Part shown: positions 38,577 to 44,676 of the stretch, one piece after another | How the letters are laid out: each line of letters starts with the position of its first letter | Numbering within the stretch: the first letter of the stretch is position 1 | Notes under the pieces: generated by a model | What the model was told of the DNA's origin: nothing | The model's input: the letters and a program-made list of their open reading frames with translations, nothing else | Databases searched by the model: none | Source: an uncultured archaeon | GTDB taxonomy: Archaea > Asgardarchaeota > Lokiarchaeia > Sigyniarchaeales > SOKP01 | DNA length: 44,676 nt | Assembly: GCA_964525635.1 (NCBI GenBank) | Contig: CAZGJX010000022.1 | Coordinates: 1-44,676 of the forward strand | Reading direction: 5' to 3' | Position numbers and translations under genes: made by a program

Positions 38577-39236
38577 ATGGATAAGCAATTAGCTGTTATC
38601 TTTGATATGGATGGAGTACTTATTGATTCAGGTCCTATCCATTTTAAAAGTTGGAAAAGACTTGCCAATGAAATCGGAGTCAAATTCACAAAAGATTATT
38701 TCAACAATAGTTTTGGAAAACAAGGAATTCCAATTTTAAAAGATTTAGTTGGAAAAGAAAAAGGCAGAAAAAAACTTGAGGAATGGGTTGAATTAAAAGA
38801 AGTATATTATCGTGAAATGATAAAAAAAAATCTAAAACCACTTCCCGGAGTAATTAATCTCATAAAAAATTTAAAACAAAACTTTTTTAAATTGGGAATT
38901 GCAACAAGTGGTCCTATAGAGAATGTAAACCTTATATTAGAAAATCTGAATATAAATAAATATTTCGATTGTGTAATTACTGCTAATGATATAAAGAATG
39001 GAAAACCTGCTCCAGATGTATTTTTAATGGTATCAAGAAAATTAAATATCCCCCCTACATGTTGTCTTGTAATAGAGGACGCTCCAGTAGGAATTGAGGC
39101 GGCTAAAAAGGCAGGTATGAAATGCATTGCATTAACAACAACACATAAAAAAGAGGAGTTATTGCAAGCAAATTTGGTAATAAATAACCTAACTAAAATA
39201 AATTCTTATGATATAAATGAATTACTTAAATCATAA
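38577..39236 (+). CDS. HAD-superfamily phosphatase (beta-PGM/CbbY-like)
   Basis: FDMDGVLIDS, KPAPD, EDAPVGIEAA..AGM. Confidence 0.9.
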   Translation: MDKQLAVIFDMDGVLIDSGPIHFKSWKRLANEIGVKFTKDYFNNSFGKQGIPILKDLVGKEKGRKKLEEWVELKEVYYREMIKKNLKPLPGVINLIKNLKQNFFKLGIATSGPIENVNLILENLNINKYFDCVITANDIKNGKPAPDVFLMVSRKLNIPPTCCLVIEDAPVGIEAAKKAGMKCIALTTTHKKEELLQANLVINNLTKINSYDINELLKS

Positions 39237-39258
39237 ATTGAATAATTTTTAAATAATC

Positions 39259-39912
39259 ATGATTTTTCTCTGTCTTGGTAATTCTCTAACCTCAGGTTAT
39301 CCTGGATATTCACCATCGATCGATGGAATATCTAAGGGATTTGGTAATCCTAAATCTCAATATGAGTATTGGTTAAAAAATTTCTGTTTAGAACTCTTAC
39401 AAGAGAAAAAAATAAAAATTAATAATTTAAAATTTATCAATAAAGGAATTCCAGGAGAATTAACTAATGATATAATTAGGAGAATTGAAATAGATATGTT
39501 GAATTATATCCCTAAACCTAATTATTCAATAATCTTAGGTGGATCAAATGATTTAGGTTGGAATTTAGAAGTAGATGAAATATGTGAAAATATCATAAAA
39601 TTACATAAAATTTCAAGAGAAAACAACATTATTTCAATAGGTGCAACAATACCACCAATTAGGAATGAAATTTCGATTATTGACTATAATAAGAAAAAAA
39701 AAAAGCTAAATAATATACTGAAAGATTATTTTAAAAAAAAATTAATACCTTTTGCAAATTTAAATAAAGGAATGTCAGATGAAAATGGGAATTTGAAAAA
39801 GGAATATGCTTATCCTGACGGATTACATTTCACTGTAGAAGGATATCATCATATGGCCTATGTTATATTTGAAGAAACTATAAAATCCTTAATTAAATCC
39901 AAATTTCAATAG
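39259..39912 (+). CDS. SGNH/GDSL hydrolase
   Basis: GNSLTSG, NKGIPG, GGSND, DGLH blocks. Confidence 0.88.
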   Translation: MIFLCLGNSLTSGYPGYSPSIDGISKGFGNPKSQYEYWLKNFCLELLQEKKIKINNLKFINKGIPGELTNDIIRRIEIDMLNYIPKPNYSIILGGSNDLGWNLEVDEICENIIKLHKISRENNIISIGATIPPIRNEISIIDYNKKKKKLNNILKDYFKKKLIPFANLNKGMSDENGNLKKEYAYPDGLHFTVEGYHHMAYVIFEETIKSLIKSKFQ

Positions 39913-39930
39913 AGAATAATTATAGTATCT

Positions 39931-41082
39931 TTAAGATAAGGGAAAAGAACAACTAGGACAGATTCTATTAATTGATGTAGTAATTTTACTACAATTAGGA
40001 CATATTACTACTTTAATCCTCTTTTCTATTCTTCTTCTTATCATTTTTTCAATATTTTTAGTTTTATTTTCACTATTATCAACTTCAATAACCATCGGAT
40101 CGCTAACTTGAATAATTTTTGGTTTTTCTTTATCTTCTAATTCTCGGAAATATTTTACCATATCTCTCCTTGATAATTTAATAACTTTCTCTTCAGTTGG
40201 TATCCTTCCTTCTTGGATATCAAGTACATACTTTTCATCTAATCTTATTAGATTATAACAGTTACGACACCTAAAAACGTAGGAAATCCCTATATTCGTT
40301 ACTTTAGCCCACTTAGCCCAACATTTCTTATGAACTACTATTTCACATGAAGGACATCGCATCATACCTCTATTATCTCTTTCAAAACATATAGCACAGC
40401 TTTCAATATTATCAACTATCAATGGATCGTCCGCTAAATTTACGTAAAAAGGGATATTTCCTTTTTGAATTGTAATTTTTTTTTTTTTCATATAATACTC
40501 TGGAATTTTAATATACTTTTTTTTTGAGAGAGATAATAAAGTAGAACTAAATTCTTTAATATCATTAAGATCATAAAATTTTCCATTAGTACGCTTTACT
40601 AAATTAATTAAATTATTTTTTTGTTCCATATCTGTATCATTTATACGTATTACATCTATAATAAACGGCATTCCCTTAACTTTATCAACCAAGTCTTCCA
40701 ATACGGGTATATAATGGATTGGAATCTTACAGGAACCATTATCCGCCAAGATTATTAATCTAAAAACCTTCTCGGAGATTCTCTTAAATACTTCTATAAT
40801 AAAAGTAATAGCAACAAAAATTCCTCCTGCTATATTTGCTCTAACAGCCTTTTTTTCTAATGATTTTAATGTTTTTAATATAATATTAGGATCAAAAGTG
40901 AAATGATCTAAATAACTTGGGCCGTCTTTTTGAAAAATTATAAAATTAAATCGATCAGAACTATCTATAGTCTGCTTATTTTTCATAAATTCTAAAATAG
41001 TATCATTTACACGACTCATTTTTGTAATTTCAGGAGTAAATCCATTAAAAATTAAACAATCTTCGCTTTGAGTTATCTCCAT
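39931..41082 (-). CDS. VWA-like domain plus PHD/RING-type (C4HC3) finger plus C-terminal zinc ribbon protein
   Basis: D..DRFNFI.F, RLIILAD, DVIRI, L.KRTNGKFY; CAIC-x10-CPSC-x4-H-x2-C...CRNC; CPNC...CPSC (ORF extends to 41097). Confidence 0.65.
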   Translation of the reverse strand: MEITQSEDCLIFNGFTPEITKMSRVNDTILEFMKNKQTIDSSDRFNFIIFQKDGPSYLDHFTFDPNIILKTLKSLEKKAVRANIAGGIFVAITFIIEVFKRISEKVFRLIILADNGSCKIPIHYIPVLEDLVDKVKGMPFIIDVIRINDTDMEQKNNLINLVKRTNGKFYDLNDIKEFSSTLLSLSKKKYIKIPEYYMKKKKITIQKGNIPFYVNLADDPLIVDNIESCAICFERDNRGMMRCPSCEIVVHKKCWAKWAKVTNIGISYVFRCRNCYNLIRLDEKYVLDIQEGRIPTEEKVIKLSRRDMVKYFRELEDKEKPKIIQVSDPMVIEVDNSENKTKNIEKMIRRRIEKRIKVVICPNCSKITTSINRICPSCSFPLS

Positions 41083-41248
41083 TTTATTTCCTACCAACTA
41101 TAGTAAATTCAAATTAAAATAAGTAGATTAAAAAAACAATGTATTAATATTAACAGCATTGTAATAAGCGCTAAGTGTCCAATTAAATTTAAATTACGGA
41201 TTTTTTTTGTTGTAAAATATTAAAAATCTTTAATTTGAAAGGTGAGAT

Positions 41249-41533
41249 CTACATATAATCATTTTTTGTTCCCATTAGAGTTGTAGTTTCTTCTATCCAC
41301 TGAGAAAGTTCATCATCAATTCTTAAGTAAGTGACAATTTTATCAAGTTCATTAAGATTACTAAAACTACATTCCACAATAATATCCCATCCTCCATAGA
41401 CAGGAGTAGCATATGTGACTTTCCAATCTTCTCCTTTTTCCTTAGAACATAATCCTTTTAACTTCTCAACAACATTCCATTCCTTTCCAACAATTTTTAA
41501 ACGGATTAAAATATATCCTCTATAGTATGTCAT
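41249..41533 (-). CDS. Stand-alone Lrp/AsnC ligand-binding (RAM) domain protein
   Basis: GYILI...GKEWNV...VYGGWDIIVE...ETTTL pattern. Confidence 0.75.
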   Translation of the reverse strand: MTYYRGYILIRLKIVGKEWNVVEKLKGLCSKEKGEDWKVTYATPVYGGWDIIVECSFSNLNELDKIVTYLRIDDELSQWIEETTTLMGTKNDYM

Positions 41534-41694
41534 TTAAAAACACTCGTATCTTTTTTTTAATAATATTATATATGAGTAAATTTGCTTGAATTTAAAAATT
41601 CTTACTAATAAATTATTTTTATTATTAGTAAAAATTATCCTTATTGTTATATTTGAAATCATATAAAATATATTTTAAAATTTGGGTAATTTGA

Positions 41695-43455
41695 ATGGAT
41701 GAGGAACAAATAAAAAAAATACTATGGATAAATGGATTAAAAAATGCTGTAAAATTCAATGGAAAACCAAATAGGAAAGCTATAATGGGAAAATTAATGG
41801 CTGAACGCAAAGATTTAAGATCTTTAGTAAAAAAAGTTAATCCTTTATTAGATGATATCATTGCTCAAATTAATAAAATTTCTTTTCAAGATCAGAAATT
41901 AAAACTATTACAATTGGATCCAAATGCATTAATTAAAGAAAAATCAGAAAAAGAAATTAAGACCCTTCCAGAATTACCTAATCTTGACAAATATAATAAA
42001 CTCATTATGAGATTAGCACCATATCCCAGTGGAGCATTACACATAGGTAATGCAAGAATGATTATCCTTAATGACGAATATGTGAAAAAACAAAATGGGG
42101 AACTTTACTTATTCTTTGATGATACTATTGGTAGTCCAAAATCTCTTAGAGATAGTCCAAAAGCTAAGTATGTTCTTCTTGAAGCTTATGAATTAATAGA
42201 AGAAGGATTAAAATGGTTAGGTGTAGAATATTCTAAAATATATTATAAAAGTGATAGATTAGAAATATATTATGAATATTGTGAAAAATTAATTAAGGAT
42301 AATATAGCATATGTATGTTTTTGTTCTGCAAAAAATTTTAAAGAAAAATACAAAAACAAAAAAGAAGAGTGTCCTCATCGAAGTTCTTCTATTGAGAAGA
42401 ATTTAGAGGAATGGCAGAATATGTTAAATCATAAATATTATGAAACAGAAGCAGTAGTAAGATTAAAAACAGGGATGACTCAAAAAGACCCTGCTTTAAG
42501 AGATCAAATCATTATGAGGATTTCTGAAGCAACTCATCCAAAAGTAGGGAAAAAATATATAGTTTGGCCTATGTTGGAATTTTCTTGGGCTATAGATGAT
42601 TATTTAGTAAAAATAACACATATATTACGTGGTGCTGATTTGATTAAAGAGGATTTTATAGAAGATTTTATTTGGAATCATTTCAAATGGAGAAAAGCAG
42701 AATTTTTACATTATGGAAGAATTAAGTTTACAGACATGAAACTTAGTAAAACTGATGCTCGAAATAAAATTCAGAGTGGACAATTTAAAGGATGGGATGA
42801 TCCAAGAACTTGGAGTCTTCAATCCCTTAAAAAGCGAGGAATACAACCTGAGGCTTTAAGAGATGCGTTATTAAATCTTGGTATGTCAATGTCAGGAATT
42901 AATTTCTCTGTTAATTGGTTATATTCAAAAAATCAAGACATAATAGATGAATTATCTGACAGATATTTTTTTGTTGAAAATCCAGTGAAATTATGTATAG
43001 ATAAAGTACCCTTTAAAGAAATAATTGCAAAACCTCTTCTTTTACCTTCAAAACCAGAAAAAGGTAAACGAAAGATTATCTGTATCATGAAAAATCAAGA
43101 ATTAGTTGTTAATATTTCATTTTCTGATGCTAAAAAAATAACTTCTGATACTATAATAAGATTAAAAGATTTGATGAATGTTAAAATTAAGGAAATTAAT
43201 TTGTCTGAAAACATAATAAAAACAGAATATCATAGCCAAGAACTTGAAAGGGATTTCTCAATAATTCAATGGGTTCCTGATAATGAGTATTTAAACATTT
43301 CAATATTAAAACCAGATGGTACAATTTCAAAAGGATATGGAGAAATTAACCTAATGAATATTCCAATGAATAAAACAATACAATTTGAAAGATATGGTTT
43401 TGTTAATCCAATAAAAATAAGGGAAAATGAGTTATTTTGCTATTTTACCCATTAA
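41695..43455 (+). CDS. gltX: Glutamate--tRNA ligase (archaeal type)
   Basis: RLAPYPSGALHIGNAR, THILRG, LSKT, GWDDPR, QFERYGF. Confidence 0.96.
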   Translation: MDEEQIKKILWINGLKNAVKFNGKPNRKAIMGKLMAERKDLRSLVKKVNPLLDDIIAQINKISFQDQKLKLLQLDPNALIKEKSEKEIKTLPELPNLDKYNKLIMRLAPYPSGALHIGNARMIILNDEYVKKQNGELYLFFDDTIGSPKSLRDSPKAKYVLLEAYELIEEGLKWLGVEYSKIYYKSDRLEIYYEYCEKLIKDNIAYVCFCSAKNFKEKYKNKKEECPHRSSSIEKNLEEWQNMLNHKYYETEAVVRLKTGMTQKDPALRDQIIMRISEATHPKVGKKYIVWPMLEFSWAIDDYLVKITHILRGADLIKEDFIEDFIWNHFKWRKAEFLHYGRIKFTDMKLSKTDARNKIQSGQFKGWDDPRTWSLQSLKKRGIQPEALRDALLNLGMSMSGINFSVNWLYSKNQDIIDELSDRYFFVENPVKLCIDKVPFKEIIAKPLLLPSKPEKGKRKIICIMKNQELVVNISFSDAKKITSDTIIRLKDLMNVKIKEINLSENIIKTEYHSQELERDFSIIQWVPDNEYLNISILKPDGTISKGYGEINLMNIPMNKTIQFERYGFVNPIKIRENELFCYFTH

Positions 43456-43639
43456 AAGATTCTATTACTACACAATAACTGTATATATAATTATTTTTAA
43501 AAACCAAAATTTGAATTGAAAAAATATATTAAATTAATTTTTATTATTTTTATTACATAAGTTTTGATATTATTATGAGAAATCATATAAATATATCTTC
43601 TTGGTAAAAGAGAAAGGGATTGGTATTGGTGATAAAAAT

Positions 43640-44509
43640 ATGAGTATAATAGAAAATCTTACTGCAAGTTTAAATGATAAAGTCGCTAATATTGGTATTG
43701 GATTAGGCGATTCTAAATATCATAATAATAAAATCCTATATGCAGCTATTAGATTTTTAAATACTGTAAAAAAAAATATATTTATAAAAATCTCTTTATT
43801 TGGACATAAAGAATCTATAGATTTAATTTCGAATAATTCAAGTTATGAAAAGTATAAAGAAGATATATTATTAGTGGATACAAATGAACCAGAGAATGAA
43901 TTGATCGATACTTTAGATAGTTATGAAATTAGTTGTATTGTTAGAGGATCACTAAGTTCTTCTAAATTCTTAAGTCTCATTAAAGAAAAATATAAAACTC
44001 CACAAATAAATCGATTAGCATTATTGGAAACCATTAATGGATTTCAATTCTTTTTTGGACCTGTAGGAATTGATGAATGTAAAGATTTAGAATCTAAAAT
44101 TAAATACATTAACGAAGCCTTAAATCAATTACATTTTCTTAGAATAAATCCATCTATAAGTATTTTAAGTGGGGGAAGGATGGATGATTATGAAAGGGAT
44201 ATACGAGTAAAAAAAACTATTGATGATGCCAATGAAATCATAAAATGTTTTAAGGATATAGATTCTAATTTAAATATTAATCATAATGAAATTCTAATTG
44301 AAGAATCTATTGAAAGAAAATCAAATTTAATTATAGCTCCTGATGGTATATCTGGAAATTTAATCTATAGAACTTTGGTTCATCTTGGAGGGGGTAAAGC
44401 TTATGGTGCCATCTATATGGGATTAGAAAAAGCAATAATCGACACATCAAGAGTTGGGAATTTAAGTGAGATCTATGGTGCTCTAATTTTAGCTCTAACT
44501 CTTTCTTAA
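43640..44509 (+). CDS. mtxX: MtxX / methanogenesis marker 4 family protein
   Basis: VRGSLSSS, GPVGIDE, LSGGR..D..RD, APDGISGNLIYRTL...GA...IDTSR (ORF extends to 43601). Confidence 0.8.
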   Translation: MSIIENLTASLNDKVANIGIGLGDSKYHNNKILYAAIRFLNTVKKNIFIKISLFGHKESIDLISNNSSYEKYKEDILLVDTNEPENELIDTLDSYEISCIVRGSLSSSKFLSLIKEKYKTPQINRLALLETINGFQFFFGPVGIDECKDLESKIKYINEALNQLHFLRINPSISILSGGRMDDYERDIRVKKTIDDANEIIKCFKDIDSNLNINHNEILIEESIERKSNLIIAPDGISGNLIYRTLVHLGGGKAYGAIYMGLEKAIIDTSRVGNLSEIYGALILALTLS

Positions 44510-44676
44510 TTAAAAATCTATTACTTATCACTTTTGATTTTAAAACATGAAAAAAATTTTAATAACTCTTTTTCAGATAATTCTTAAACATTCTTTCTTT
44601 TTTAAAAAATATATAGTCGCTATAACTATTTATAACGCATTAAATTTTTAAGTTTTTTCCATATCATTTCTTCTCT

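Noticed and set aside
43601-44509. Evidence for methanogenesis from mtxX
   Set aside because: A single marker gene; no mcr or mtr genes in the window
6402-44531. Antisense or overlapping ORFs on etfB, rrp41, porB, GH3, gpmI, HAD, gltX, mtxX and others
   Set aside because: Shadows of well-supported genes, with no motifs of their own

Overview
AT-rich archaeal chromosomal segment, most likely from a Lokiarchaeia (Asgard) genome. This is inferred from two profilin-like genes, Loki-type LRR, zinc-ribbon and 7TM families, and archaeal information-processing genes. It carries a proteasome/exosome cluster (psmA, SBDS, rrp4, rrp41, rrp42, ZPR1; rpl37ae-pcc1 displaced and inverted), a bcd-etfB-etfA operon, a four-subunit 2-oxoacid:ferredoxin oxidoreductase operon, a GH3 glucosidase, gpmI, gltX and mtxX. 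It also holds four tRNA genes with six bulge-helix-bulge (BHB) introns and an IS607-family element with an unusually large (733 aa) TnpB and a readable omegaRNA-like right end. The main finding is a 32-nt BHB-type intron (16745-16776) in the PPi-dependent phosphofructokinase gene. It splits the Asp codon of the conserved TGGGDCPG motif and ends in an in-frame stop, so the mRNA must apparently be spliced to make the enzyme. Its junctions have the same geometry as the tRNA introns, which include a three-intron tRNA-Val(UAC). All calls were made by eye from the sequence; no database search was run.
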